Shown here piece after piece: positions 9,452 through 19,544 of a stretch of 64,000 nucleotides of DNA. The position numbers and the translations under genes are program-made. Where the stretch lies: positions 11,634 to 75,633 of the forward strand of contig JALHYA010000017.1 in the NCBI GenBank assembly GCA_022868165.1, in the 5' to 3' direction. The notes below the pieces were generated by a model, which was given only the letters and a program-made list of their open reading frames with translations, was not told the origin of the DNA and did no database searches. Position 1 is the stretch's first letter, and each line of letters begins with the position of its first letter. This stretch comes from Patescibacteria group bacterium. Lineage in GTDB: Bacteria; Patescibacteriota; Microgenomatia; UBA8517.

Positions 9452-9914
9452 TTAATAACTCGTCCGCAACTTTTTTTATTACCGGCCTTAAATTTTCCTT
9501 CTCCACTTCGCTAAAATCCTGCAAAACATACTCCTCTCCCGGAATTCTGTTGTCCGGACCGCGGTCATCGACACCGATTCTAACCCTCCAAAAATCATCG
9601 GTGCCCAACAGCCGCTCTATAGAATTTACTCCGTTATGAAGTTTTGGACCCTTACCTTTTTGGATTTTATAGCTTCCCAAAGGAATATCCAAATCATCAT
9701 GAATAACCCATAAATCTGACGGATTTATACGATATTGTTCAACTAATTTCTTCACATAAGCCCCCGACTCGTTCATAAAAGTTATTGTCTTTCTGACTAT
9801 TACTCCGGGAGGAAGAACTCTGGTAAGAAGTTCATCTACTACTATGTAACCAACGTTATGCCGATTATTTTTATATTTTTCTTCGGGATTTCCCAAACCA
9901 ATGATAAGTTTCAT
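9441..9914 (-). CDS. pth: peptidyl-tRNA hydrolase
   Basis: MKLIIGLGNP...HNVGY N-terminal signature. Start trimmed to the internal Met (the list ORF extends to 9992). Confidence 0.85.
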   Translation of the reverse strand: MKLIIGLGNPEEKYKNNRHNVGYIVVDELLTRVLPPGVIVRKTITFMNESGAYVKKLVEQYRINPSDLWVIHDDLDIPLGSYKIQKGKGPKLHNGVNSIERLLGTDDFWRVRIGVDDRGPDNRIPGEEYVLQDFSEVEKENLRPVIKKVADELLNAK

Positions 9915-9930
9915 AATCCCAATTGTAACA

Positions 9931-10572
9931 TTAGTTACTTTCGACGAAGGGCACAAAGGAAAAGATTCCGTACTGCTTTTTTGTGACTCCAAATTTGCTT
10001 TTTTTGTACTTCGTCATAGATTTACTCTCTCCCTCTCCAACCGGAGCGACCAAAATCCCTCCAATCTTAAGCTGGTCAAAAAGACCTTTTGGGACTTGCT
10101 CCATACCCGCGGTAACAAGAATCGCGTCAAACGGCGCATGCGCCTTCCACCCGAATTCTCCCTGTCCCACGCTTACCTTTACATTTTTTATCTGAAGTTC
10201 TTTTAGTGCCTTTTCGGCACTTCTCGCTAGCTCCGGAATTCTCTCAAGTGAATAAACTTCTTTTGCAAGGCGGGAAAGAACGGCTGCTTGATATCCGGAG
10301 CCGGTGCCTATTTCCAATACCTTTTCTTTTCCTTTAAGTCCAAGAAGGTTAGTCATAAAAGCCACGGTGTAAGGCTGGGAAATTGTTTGGCCGAAACCTA
10401 TCGGAAGAGCGGCATCGGAATATGCCAAATATCTTCTACCTTTGGGAACGAAGAGCTCCCGAGGTATTTTAAGCATTGCCTTAAACACCTTGGGAGCATT
10501 CAGTCCATAAGCGGACCTGATTTCTTCTATCATCCCCTTTCGAGGATTCATAAGATTAAGCCTTCTTTGCAA
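9931..10572 (-). CDS. pcm: protein-L-isoaspartate O-methyltransferase
   Basis: LEIGTGSGYQAAVLSRLA SAM-binding motif and PCMT-like flanks. Confidence 0.85.
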   Translation of the reverse strand: MQRRLNLMNPRKGMIEEIRSAYGLNAPKVFKAMLKIPRELFVPKGRRYLAYSDAALPIGFGQTISQPYTVAFMTNLLGLKGKEKVLEIGTGSGYQAAVLSRLAKEVYSLERIPELARSAEKALKELQIKNVKVSVGQGEFGWKAHAPFDAILVTAGMEQVPKGLFDQLKIGGILVAPVGEGESKSMTKYKKSKFGVTKKQYGIFSFVPFVESN

Positions 10573-10882
10573 ATTTTCTAGCGAATTTGCCGAAGAAAGG
10601 CACTTCCCACTCTTCTCCCTGCCAGGCTTTATAAATAAGCACCAGCCAGAGAATGAAACTTAGAATTCCCACAATAGGAACCAGGGGCAAAAGAATTAGT
10701 GTAAGCCCCAATACCCACTGCAATATAAACAATCCTACAAAAACTACGATGGATTGCATCGCATGGAATTTAACGAATGGGTCCTTTTCGACAACCAAAA
10801 AGATTACACCCGTGATTGGTCCCAATACATAGGAAAGAGCACCTGCTGTTTCCTTTTTAAGTCCTGTTCCGTTTGCTGCCAT
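10556..10882 (-). CDS. small membrane protein (DUF4870-like)
   Basis: Two TM segments and an FHAMQS motif. Confidence 0.5.
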   Translation of the reverse strand: MAANGTGLKKETAGALSYVLGPITGVIFLVVEKDPFVKFHAMQSIVVFVGLFILQWVLGLTLILLPLVPIVGILSFILWLVLIYKAWQGEEWEVPFFGKFARKFAKKA

Positions 10883-10913
10883 AACTACTCACCTCCTTGC
10901 TCTATCTATCTTT

Positions 10914-12338
10914 TCAAAAAAGACTGCCCTGGTCAAGAGTCTGAGGCTCTTCTTCCTTATTTTCCTTCCAAATTTTCACTTTACCAAAGACGCCGTCATA
11001 ACCGGGTTCAATTGCTATATCCCCGTTTCTAACTAATGAGATTGCTTCCGAAATTCTCGGCCCGGCGATTGCACTTATTTCGTGAATATCCGTCTCGAGA
11101 AGAATTTTGAATTCATTTCCTAAAGAGTTAATCATCTGCTCATAACTAGCCTGAACTTTCTGGCTAGCAACGCCGGACTCCAAAGCTTCGGACAGAATTT
11201 CCAACAGAGGAACCATCATTACATAAGGCGTTCTCTTTTCCTCTTTATCTTTAATCCATCTCACTCCGAATTTATCGATTTCTCCCTTGGTTTCAATCTC
11301 AACCGAAGCCAGCTCCTCTACCCTGCTCATTACCCCAACCGTTAGCGGCTTTCCGCAAACGGGACAGGCGGTTCCAAGTTTTCTTGCATCGTTTGGCGAA
11401 TAAACAACCTTGCAGTTTCTATGACCGGTATAATGGTACTTCCCCTCTTCGGGATAAAACTCAATAGTGAAAGATATGTGAGGTTGGAGGCTAGAAACTC
11501 GAGTCGCTTCGCTCCGAAGTGAGAGTTTAGATTTCTCACTTCCAACTTCGATGTCCAGCTTCTCACCTCTATCTTCCCACTTCCCAACGATTGCCTTCCT
11601 TATATTCTCATAGCTAATTTCCGAAAGCTCAAAAGCAGTCGCTTCCCTCCCCATTTTTGCCGGAGAATGAGCATCCGAAAAAGAAACAATTCTTCGGCTG
11701 GATAGCTCCGCTATTCTCCAATTCATTGCCGGGTCACTGGAAAGTCCTGTTTCTATTGCGTAAATCTCCGGCGCGAGCTCCTCAAAACATTCATCAATCG
11801 AATCAAATCCCGAAATGCTTCCGAAAACCGAAAAGTACGGGGTCCAGGCGTGAGCGGGAATAATAAGACAGCGACTGTCAACTCCAAGTGCGACTTCGGC
11901 TACGTTTTTGGCAGTAAGTCCAATAATGGGCCTTCCGTCGGAAAGTAAATTTGCTCCCCTAAGTGTCAGTTCTTTATTTATTTTTTCGACCGTTTCAAAA
12001 TTCGGGGCAAAAACCAACGTGTGGATTCTTCGTCCCTTTCCTCCTTGAGAATAAATCGAGCTAATCTCCGTAGAAAGAAGAAACAAGGGCGAACCCTCTT
12101 CGGCGTCTTTTTGCTTGTAAACTCCTTCTCCGGCTTCAATCAAATTCGCACGAAGTTCCCTATACCAAATCGGGTGGGTCCAATCGCCGGTTGCAACCAA
12201 CTCTATTCCCTTTTTCTTCGCCCACTGGCTAATAACAGGAGGGGTCATTTGCTGAGAAACGGCACGGGAGAATCTGGAGTGAATTTGAAGATCGGCTATT
12301 ACCCTCATTGCATGCCGCGTTCTACACGGTGAGGGCAT
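10914..12338 (-). CDS. PHP-domain nuclease, endonuclease Q-like (TIGR00375-like)
   Basis: N-terminal ADLQIHSRFSRA...GDWTHP PHP signature. C-terminal CPVCG zinc ribbon. Probable start at MRVIADL (about 12308). Confidence 0.6.
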   Translation of the reverse strand: MPSPCRTRHAMRVIADLQIHSRFSRAVSQQMTPPVISQWAKKKGIELVATGDWTHPIWYRELRANLIEAGEGVYKQKDAEEGSPLFLLSTEISSIYSQGGKGRRIHTLVFAPNFETVEKINKELTLRGANLLSDGRPIIGLTAKNVAEVALGVDSRCLIIPAHAWTPYFSVFGSISGFDSIDECFEELAPEIYAIETGLSSDPAMNWRIAELSSRRIVSFSDAHSPAKMGREATAFELSEISYENIRKAIVGKWEDRGEKLDIEVGSEKSKLSLRSEATRVSSLQPHISFTIEFYPEEGKYHYTGHRNCKVVYSPNDARKLGTACPVCGKPLTVGVMSRVEELASVEIETKGEIDKFGVRWIKDKEEKRTPYVMMVPLLEILSEALESGVASQKVQASYEQMINSLGNEFKILLETDIHEISAIAGPRISEAISLVRNGDIAIEPGYDGVFGKVKIWKENKEEEPQTLDQGSLF

Positions 12339-12352
12339 TGTAGCACAACTAA

Positions 12353-14086
12353 CTAAGAAGTAACTTTCTGCATCTCAAACAGTTTCTCGAGCTCAACAAA
12401 CGTTGTAACCTGGTCGGGGTTCTTCTCGTCCCTAAACCTGATAAGTCTTGGAAATCTTAAAGCAAGCCCAGCTGAGTGCAAGGGGCTTTTAGTAATTTCA
12501 TCGGCCAGAATTTCGACAACCAACGACGGCTTCGTCCAAATATCGGGAGTAAGATTTTTCGGAACTTCATATTCTTTAGGCTTCTGGGTAACTTCCAGTT
12601 TTCTGGCACGTTTGGCCAATTCTCTCCACTGTTCATCGGTTAGTCCCGTTCCGATTTTTGAAACCGTTTTAAACTCTCCTCCCGATTTTATTCCTACCAA
12701 AAATGCCCCGACGCCAAAGCCCGCCCTTTTTCCTCTCCCTTTATTTACTCCCATAACCAAGCAGTCTATTGTGTCGGCAACTCCTTCATCAGTATGTTTT
12801 TTGTATTTGACCCAATGATAACCTCTTGCACCGGCTTTATATGGCGCATCGATTTTTTTGATAACAGCTCCCTCAAGTCCCTCGGTAAGATATTTCTTAA
12901 TTAAATCGCGGATTTTATCGGGGTCGCTTACCAAATTCTGTCTGGTCAGCTCAACCACTCCGCCGTCTTTTGGCAAAGCATCTTCAAGGGTTTTTCTTCT
13001 TTGGTTAAAAGGCATATCTAAATAGCTTTTTCCGTCTTTAAATAAAATGTCAAAAAGATAAAGCCTTAATGGGAAATTCCTAGCCGCCTCCTCTATGCCG
13101 TGCTTTCTTTTTCTTTGAACGGTTTCTTGGAAAGGCAAAAATTTATCGGTTTTGGGATCATAACCGATTGCCTCTCCGTCAAAAATAGCGGAGGTAACTT
13201 TTATTTTTTTGGCCGCCTCGACTAAATCCGGAAACATGGCTGTTGTGTTTTCCAAATTTCTTGAAAAAATGCGTACCTTTTTCTCTTTTCCCTCATGCCA
13301 AATATGGACCTGGGCTCTAAACCCATCGTATTTAGGCTCAACATACACAGTCTTTCCAACCTTTTCCAAAATCTTTTCGGCTGAAGGAAGCCTTTCGCAG
13401 AGAGAAGCCCTTATCGGTGTTCCCGCTTCCGGTTCGACCTCAGATAAACCAACTAGACCCTTTTCTTTAACTCTTTTGGCAATTTTACCGATATCAACTG
13501 TGACATTGAAAGCGCTTTCGATTTCATGTCTGGCGCTCTTATCCCCTTTCGTCATGTACGAGAGGGCGTCTAGTATTGTCATGTCGGAAAAGCCAAGTCG
13601 AAGCTTGCCAACCGGGATTCTGGCTACGTATCGGGCGGATAATGGGGCAAGCTCGCCCAAAAGTTTTGCCATTTTGCTGACTTTTCTTTCCTGACTTCCC
13701 TCCCCGCCCTCGTCGGCAACTTCCATTAACTTTTCAAAAACTTCGCCGACGGCAAGGTTTATCCCACCGCTGGAGGCTAAATCGGAGGCAACGTTCCCCA
13801 AATCTCCCTCTTTTTTATATAAAAGTTTAATTTTATTAATATCCTCGTCGTAAGCTTGGGCGATAATTCTTAACATCATGCGCTCGGCAATATTAAGAAC
13901 AACGCCTTCGTAGTTGGGGGCAAGCTCGCCCAGTACCAAATAAACGATTTTATCTATTTCCCCGGCTGTGGATTTTTTAAATAAGTCCGCAAGAATCTGA
14001 GTAATTTCGTTTCTTGAAGAAGTTTTTTCCAGTTTTTGGAGATAAGCGGCAAGTTCCGAAAATTTCATACCCATATTATATCTCAT
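12353..14086 (-). CDS. lig: ATP-dependent DNA ligase
   Basis: KYDGFRAQVH adenylation motif (KxDG), about 570 aa, archaeal/eukaryotic-type ligase architecture. Possible start at MKFSEL (about 14068). Confidence 0.85.
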   Translation of the reverse strand: MRYNMGMKFSELAAYLQKLEKTSSRNEITQILADLFKKSTAGEIDKIVYLVLGELAPNYEGVVLNIAERMMLRIIAQAYDEDINKIKLLYKKEGDLGNVASDLASSGGINLAVGEVFEKLMEVADEGGEGSQERKVSKMAKLLGELAPLSARYVARIPVGKLRLGFSDMTILDALSYMTKGDKSARHEIESAFNVTVDIGKIAKRVKEKGLVGLSEVEPEAGTPIRASLCERLPSAEKILEKVGKTVYVEPKYDGFRAQVHIWHEGKEKKVRIFSRNLENTTAMFPDLVEAAKKIKVTSAIFDGEAIGYDPKTDKFLPFQETVQRKRKHGIEEAARNFPLRLYLFDILFKDGKSYLDMPFNQRRKTLEDALPKDGGVVELTRQNLVSDPDKIRDLIKKYLTEGLEGAVIKKIDAPYKAGARGYHWVKYKKHTDEGVADTIDCLVMGVNKGRGKRAGFGVGAFLVGIKSGGEFKTVSKIGTGLTDEQWRELAKRARKLEVTQKPKEYEVPKNLTPDIWTKPSLVVEILADEITKSPLHSAGLALRFPRLIRFRDEKNPDQVTTFVELEKLFEMQKVTS

Positions 14087-14099
14087 CGCGAGCGCAAGG

Positions 14100-14303
14100 C
14101 TATACTTTTTGGCTCAAGTAAGTGGAGAAGAAAAAGTAGGCAATAATTACGGCTCCCAGAAAAATTATTCCAAAAAAAATGCTTATAAAACCGGCCATCT
14201 CTTTGTGGACCACCTTATTAAGCCCTTCGCCAACAAGCACAAATCCGAATAAAACGGGAAGGACCAAAATCATATAAAGAAATTGCGGGTCGGAAGGTTT
14301 CAT
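14100..14303 (-). CDS. small hydrophobic membrane protein (67 aa)
   Basis: Two TM helices. Directly abuts the Fic gene stop. Confidence 0.4.
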   Translation of the reverse strand: MKPSDPQFLYMILVLPVLFGFVLVGEGLNKVVHKEMAGFISIFFGIIFLGAVIIAYFFFSTYLSQKV

Positions 14304-15368
14304 CTATTTATTGGCAATCACATACTTTGATGCTTTTGTGCTTCCTTCTTTTTTGATAATCCCCTTGTCCAAGGCGTCTTTTAAATCTCTCAAAATCGTA
14401 TCTTCCGAAACCATAGGCAAAACTTTTGTTAGCTCCTGCATATTGGCCGAGCCTTGGTCGGAAATGTATTCGATGAGCCTCATTTGTCTCTCGGTAAGTG
14501 CAATCTGCTGACCGAATTTAACCTTGAGTCTCGTATCAATAGACAATTTGCGGACTTTTTCCTTAACCTTACTAAGCTCCACGGCCACAACTTCGGTAAA
14601 GTACTCAAGCCATGGTGTTAAATCCCTTAGGGCTATGTTTTTGCTTTGCCTGTCCACCCTGGCAAAGGCTTCGTAGTAAGCTGCCGGGTTTTCGTCAAAA
14701 CTTTCCTCCATAGAAAAGAAGCGTTTTATGTCATAGCCTTCACGAATAAGAAGAAGGGTGGTAAAAGCCCTGGCCGTTCTTCCGTTTCCTTCTACAAACG
14801 GGTGGATTGCGACCAAGGTGTAGTGCGCAATTCCGGCGCGAAGAATTGGATGCACTTCCATTGCTTCCGGAGAGTTAAGCCAAGCAAAGAAGTCGTCTAT
14901 AAGGTATGGAACTTCCACAAAAGGAGGCGGCTGAAAAATAATTTGCCCTGTCTCTTCTTCCTTTACAACAACCTCTGTTGTGCGAAAAACACCCGCTTTT
15001 TCATCGGGAATAATCTTAAACACCGTTTCTTTATGAATTTCCTTGAGCATTTCGACATCATATCCTCCCCTTTTAACACCCATGTCGTCCAAAAGTGTGA
15101 CAACGTTTCTGTAATTAATAACTTCCTGAATATCGCGGGCGTGTGCGTAAACCTCCTGCCCTTCCAAGACCTTTTTTGTTTGGACAAGTGTTAGGTCGTT
15201 TCCTTCGATATGGGTTCCATGATAAATCGTTCTGACAATTGCGTCCGACTGGAACTGTTTTTCGAAAGAAGGAACCAATGGGGCGTTTTCAATAACTTCC
15301 TTTGAAGCCTCAACCGCACCGATACTTTTTAAGATTTTACCGGAGATTACGTATTTTGGAGCGTACAT
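14304..15368 (-). CDS. Fic/DOC family protein with C-terminal winged-helix
   Basis: Canonical Fic motif HPFVEGNGRTAR. N-terminal THIEGN inhibitory-helix-like motif. C-terminal wHTH. Confidence 0.85.
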   Translation of the reverse strand: MYAPKYVISGKILKSIGAVEASKEVIENAPLVPSFEKQFQSDAIVRTIYHGTHIEGNDLTLVQTKKVLEGQEVYAHARDIQEVINYRNVVTLLDDMGVKRGGYDVEMLKEIHKETVFKIIPDEKAGVFRTTEVVVKEEETGQIIFQPPPFVEVPYLIDDFFAWLNSPEAMEVHPILRAGIAHYTLVAIHPFVEGNGRTARAFTTLLLIREGYDIKRFFSMEESFDENPAAYYEAFARVDRQSKNIALRDLTPWLEYFTEVVAVELSKVKEKVRKLSIDTRLKVKFGQQIALTERQMRLIEYISDQGSANMQELTKVLPMVSEDTILRDLKDALDKGIIKKEGSTKASKYVIANK

Positions 15369-15377
15369 TTCCCCATT

Positions 15378-16220
15378 TTACGCAACTTTTGCGGAAAATA
15401 CAACAGGAACCGTATTCGCCAAATCGTCGGCGTTGTAGTTTGTGCCGGCTTTTTTGAATAGCTCATCCGCTGCCGCCTTTGTGAGATAAGACGATGCACA
15501 GGCGACCAAAAATGGCTCGTTTTTTGCCAAAAGGCCAATGGCCAACCCTGCCTGAACGTCCCCCGTTCCCCCTTTTGTAAGGCCGGCATTGCCGTTTGAT
15601 ATCTCAACACATTTTTCCGGAGAGCAAACCATTGTTGTGGGCCCTTTGAGAACAATTATGCAGTCATATTTCCTGGCCGCTTCCATCGGTTCCGTTTTTC
15701 CAAAAAGTATTTCGAATTCTTTTTGGTTAGGCGTAAGAATCGCATTTTTGGGAATCCAATTGGGATCCATTGTCTGCAGGCTCCCGGCATCAATTACCCA
15801 TTTCTTGTTAGGAAATTTCTTGAGTAAACTTTCTGTAATCTCTCTGCTTTTTTTGCCTTCTTCGTGACCGAAGTGTTCTCTTTTATCTTCCAGTGTCTTT
15901 TCGCTGCCAAATCGCATAAATCCCGGTCCAATCAGCACCGCGTCAGACTTTTTAATATATGCCTCTAGGTCTGTCCAGGGAGCCCAGATAAAAGAAAGGA
16001 GCCTCGATTTTATCTGCTCCGCGGTTCTACCGACCGAAGGTTCCGGAGAGGAAAAGAAAACCATATCGACAATTTTTGAGGCTACCTTTAACGATAGAAG
16101 GGGTGCGCCGTGGAACAAATTAGAACCGCCAATAATTGTAACCTGCCCGTTATCTTCTCCCGAAGAATTCTTGGCAGGTTTATATAAACGATTAAGCTCG
16201 GCGGGGTCGAATTGATTCAT
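15378..16220 (-). CDS. nnrD: ADP-dependent (S)-NAD(P)H-hydrate dehydratase (YjeF C-terminal family)
   Basis: GSNLFHGAP and GTGDVQAG carbohydrate-kinase-like motifs. Confidence 0.8.
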   Translation of the reverse strand: MNQFDPAELNRLYKPAKNSSGEDNGQVTIIGGSNLFHGAPLLSLKVASKIVDMVFFSSPEPSVGRTAEQIKSRLLSFIWAPWTDLEAYIKKSDAVLIGPGFMRFGSEKTLEDKREHFGHEEGKKSREITESLLKKFPNKKWVIDAGSLQTMDPNWIPKNAILTPNQKEFEILFGKTEPMEAARKYDCIIVLKGPTTMVCSPEKCVEISNGNAGLTKGGTGDVQAGLAIGLLAKNEPFLVACASSYLTKAAADELFKKAGTNYNADDLANTVPVVFSAKVA

Positions 16221-16549
16221 TTCTCTTCCTCTATTTTTGGAGGTTGGTCTTGCTGATTATCAATTACTCCCTTCATCCTCTCTTCGGCTGCATCTTCCGG
16301 ACTAACCGCCCCTTGCCAAGACTGAACTCTTTCCTCGTTTGTAGGCTGCACCAACGGCGAAGGTCTTTCTACTACCTTAGGCACCCTTCTCCAACCCTGT
16401 ATTTGTTGTGGTTTGTCGGGATTTTCCCTTATGGCTACCCAAGTAAACGGTTTGCCTTGATAAATTCCGTCCCTAGGTCTTTTTTGCTGCCAAGTTACTA
16501 AAGGAATCTCCTTTTTTCTTCTTTCTCCGTGGCTTTCCGTTTCCGTCAT
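16217..16549 (-). CDS. hypothetical charged protein (110 aa)
   Basis: Overlaps nnrD by 4 bp. No motif recognised. Confidence 0.4.
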   Translation of the reverse strand: MTETESHGERRKKEIPLVTWQQKRPRDGIYQGKPFTWVAIRENPDKPQQIQGWRRVPKVVERPSPLVQPTNEERVQSWQGAVSPEDAAEERMKGVIDNQQDQPPKIEEEK

Positions 16550-16593
16550 GGCAATATTTTACTATTTTTTATGCAAAAGGGTATAATTGCGCC

Positions 16594-17079
16594 ATGAAAG
16601 ATAGGCTTACAGAAACTCCTTTGCCTTGGCACGAAGTAAATGCCCAACAATTTGTGGCTGACATTCGGGAAGAACTTATGGCAGACTTTCGGGACATACA
16701 AATAGATTTCTACGATTGGTCCCAATTAAGGCGCAGGAATTTGGAAGGCATTAGTAAAAAAGCCAGGCAAAAAGGAGACGAAAATTTGGCTACTGTATTT
16801 GAAAAGTTGGCCCAGGAAGCAAAAGAGGAGCAATCTTCTTCGGTACTAATTGAAATCGTGGGTAACAGCCGAGTAAGAATAAACGAGGCCTTATTTTCGT
16901 TATCAGAAATCGCCAAAAGAAATTTTGGAGTTTTGGACACCGAAAAAAGCAAGTCTCTCTATGTAAACCCGCCATATAAAGCCCTCAAAGAGGCCGGAAT
17001 AGGAGAAATCTTGGCGCCACGCTGGAAGTGCGAAATGGCTTATAAATTCACGGAAGAGAAATCTTCTCGAGCTTCTTAA
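16594..17079 (+). CDS. hypothetical protein (161 aa), leaderless start
   Basis: TATAAT at 16582-16587 lies 6 nt upstream of ATG. No family recognised. Confidence 0.45.
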   Translation: MKDRLTETPLPWHEVNAQQFVADIREELMADFRDIQIDFYDWSQLRRRNLEGISKKARQKGDENLATVFEKLAQEAKEEQSSSVLIEIVGNSRVRINEALFSLSEIAKRNFGVLDTEKSKSLYVNPPYKALKEAGIGEILAPRWKCEMAYKFTEEKSSRAS

Positions 17080-18109
17080 GTTTCTCTGTAAAATGCGGGT
17101 CCGCGGTAGTAATAATTGTCTGCTGACTATTTGACGTCTTCATCACTACTTCCCTGTGTGCATCGTCCAGCTCGGAGAAAATATCGTCCAAAAGAAGAGT
17201 CGGCCTTTCTCCTGATATATGCTCAATATATTCCAACTCCGCAATTTTTAGCCACAAAGTTCCCATCCTTTGCTCTCCACGACTCCCGAATCTGGACAAA
17301 TCACGCTTTTTTTCCGTAAAGAAACAAAAATCGTCCCGATGCGGTCCAACCAAGGTTGTCGCTGCCGCAACTTCTTCTTCCGTGTACTGCTCAAGTCTGG
17401 CCTCACTGATTGCACTTTTGTCGTACTCGAGCTCAAACTTCTGGGTATTCAAACCCTGTGTTGCGTTGGCAAAATCAATAAACTCCTGCCTTTTTAGAGA
17501 GATATAGTCGCCGTTTTTGACAAGCAATTTGTTCCAAAAAAGAAGTTGGCTTCTGGAAATTCCTTCTTCCCGAATTCTCAAAAGGAGCCTGTTGCGTTGT
17601 CTTAAGCCTTTTTCATAAGAGAGGCTGGCACGGCGATACTCACGGTCAACCTGTGAAATAACCGTGTCCATAAATCTTCTTCTGAGAGTTGGCGATTCGG
17701 TTACCAAATCCAGATCCCAAGGTCCGAAAAGAGTCACTCTAAAATTCCCCGCAAAATCAATTAGGCGCTTCCCTACTCCGTTAACGAGAAGCCTCTTCTT
17801 TGCAATTTTTTCCGGAGCGCTCTTTCCAATATCCAAAAACCCTCTTGTCAGTACTGTTTCCAAATCAACGACTGCCCCATCGGTCTTAACTCTCCCTTTA
17901 ACCCTCGCAAGATCGGCATCATAATTAACCATTTCTTCCTCAACCCTGGCATGGAAACTTTTTCCGGTCGAAAGAAGAAAGAGACTTTCCAAAATATTGG
18001 TTTTTCCGGAAGCATTCGGGCCAATAATTACGGTTGTCTTGGGAGAAAACTCAAAGAGTTTGGTCTTAAAATTACGGAAGTCATTTAGCCTAACCTTTTG
18101 TATTAACAT
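17048..18109 (-). CDS. recF: DNA replication and repair protein RecF
   Basis: Walker A GPNASGKTN and RecF-like ABC signature region. Confidence 0.9.
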   Translation of the reverse strand: MLIQKVRLNDFRNFKTKLFEFSPKTTVIIGPNASGKTNILESLFLLSTGKSFHARVEEEMVNYDADLARVKGRVKTDGAVVDLETVLTRGFLDIGKSAPEKIAKKRLLVNGVGKRLIDFAGNFRVTLFGPWDLDLVTESPTLRRRFMDTVISQVDREYRRASLSYEKGLRQRNRLLLRIREEGISRSQLLFWNKLLVKNGDYISLKRQEFIDFANATQGLNTQKFELEYDKSAISEARLEQYTEEEVAAATTLVGPHRDDFCFFTEKKRDLSRFGSRGEQRMGTLWLKIAELEYIEHISGERPTLLLDDIFSELDDAHREVVMKTSNSQQTIITTADPHFTEKLKKLEKISLP

Positions 18110-18112
18110 CGA

Positions 18113-18967
18113 CTATTGTTTTTGGCAGATTGGGCAGAAGAAGGTTCCGCGACCGCTAAGATTAATTCTTTTAATTGTCCTTCCACATTTGGAGCATTTT
18201 TGGCCTTCCCGCTGATAAACCCGAAAATGTTTTTGATACTCCCCCGCCTCGCCGGTTGGCTTTATATAAGCCTCATCGGCAGCCGACGAGCCGCCATACT
18301 TGAGGCCATCTTCCAAAACTTTAATGATAGATTCTCTTAATTTCTTTATTTGGGTTTCACTTAATGCCTTCGCCGGCGAAGTCGGTGAAATACCCGCTTC
18401 AAATAAAGCATCATTAGCATAGATATTGCCAACCCCGGCAATCTTTTCCTGGTCCATTAAGACCACCTTCACCGGCTTGGCGGTCCTGGAAAAAATTTGC
18501 TTGAGGTATTCTTCGCTAAACTCTTTATCCAACGGCTCAGCCCCCAACTTTCCCACTTCCTTAACTACCCCAGCCTCATCAAGAACCTTAATCCAGCCGA
18601 ATTGTCGGAGGTCATTAAAGAAAAGTTGGCCTTCGTCGATATCAAAGATTATGTGGGTAGTTTTGGCAGGTAGATTACTTCCGGCAAACGGGACGGGGTG
18701 ACCCAAGGTTACTCTTTCCCCTTTTTTCGGAACCCAAACCAATTGGCCGGTAAGTTTAAAGTGGATAAGTAAATTCTTGCCATTGGAAAGAGAAATTTTT
18801 AAGATTTTTCCCTTTCTTTCTATCCCTTGTATGTTTGTGCCAACAACGTCCCTTTTTTCTCCCTGAAATTGTTTCGCCAAAATAACCTCAATCCCGATAA
18901 TTTTTTTACCAACGATGGATTTTTGCAGACTTCTTTTAATTGTTTCTACTTCTGGTAGTTCGGGCAT
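18113..18967 (-). CDS. mutM: formamidopyrimidine-DNA glycosylase
   Basis: N-terminal MPELPEVE (catalytic Pro2/Glu3). C-terminal CxxC-x-CxxC zinc finger. Start trimmed to MPELPEV. Confidence 0.9.
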   Translation of the reverse strand: MPELPEVETIKRSLQKSIVGKKIIGIEVILAKQFQGEKRDVVGTNIQGIERKGKILKISLSNGKNLLIHFKLTGQLVWVPKKGERVTLGHPVPFAGSNLPAKTTHIIFDIDEGQLFFNDLRQFGWIKVLDEAGVVKEVGKLGAEPLDKEFSEEYLKQIFSRTAKPVKVVLMDQEKIAGVGNIYANDALFEAGISPTSPAKALSETQIKKLRESIIKVLEDGLKYGGSSAADEAYIKPTGEAGEYQKHFRVYQREGQKCSKCGRTIKRINLSGRGTFFCPICQKQ

Positions 18968-18974
18968 ATTGTTT

Positions 18975-19544
18975 TTACCAGATGGCTTCCTTTCTAACTC
19001 CAAAATACTTCCTCTGAAAAAGAGGAAAGCCTTTTTCTTTTAACCTTCTCGGCCAGTATATATGAAGCAGGATCTCGCGTATTTCTGAAGCAAGAAGAAG
19101 AAAAAGGAATATCCCAAACGGAAGTTGTATCCCCAAAAGAGGAAAAATAAACCACCACAAAAACGAGGCTTCAATAAAATTGGGAAAAAAGACAAATACG
19201 CTCTGTTTCTTCAAGTAAAGGAAGAGTCCCTGGCCGATTAGTCTGTAAAGAATAGGAATCAAAATCAGAATAAAGTTTTCGCTTTTGATGCTTACTATGA
19301 ATATGGATATATAACCCAGCCAATCTTGATATTTGTCAAAAACCTGGTAGGTCGGCCGCGGCATATCCACCAATCCTTCTACTTGTTCGAAAAGATATCC
19401 ATCCCAAAAGTCGAAGAATAAATACAAGAAAAATCCCCAAACCGGATTAAACAGAATATAGATTGCTGAGGCGATTCTAAGACATAGCGAGACCAATACA
19501 ACCGGGTTGCCGAGATAATCTCTTATTCTGTATGATTTCCTCAT
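18975..19544 (-). CDS. hypothetical membrane protein
   Basis: Several TM segments and a DFWDG motif. Confidence 0.45.
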   Translation of the reverse strand: MRKSYRIRDYLGNPVVLVSLCLRIASAIYILFNPVWGFFLYLFFDFWDGYLFEQVEGLVDMPRPTYQVFDKYQDWLGYISIFIVSIKSENFILILIPILYRLIGQGLFLYLKKQSVFVFFPNFIEASFLWWFIFPLLGIQLPFGIFLFLLLASEIREILLHIYWPRRLKEKGFPLFQRKYFGVRKEAIW

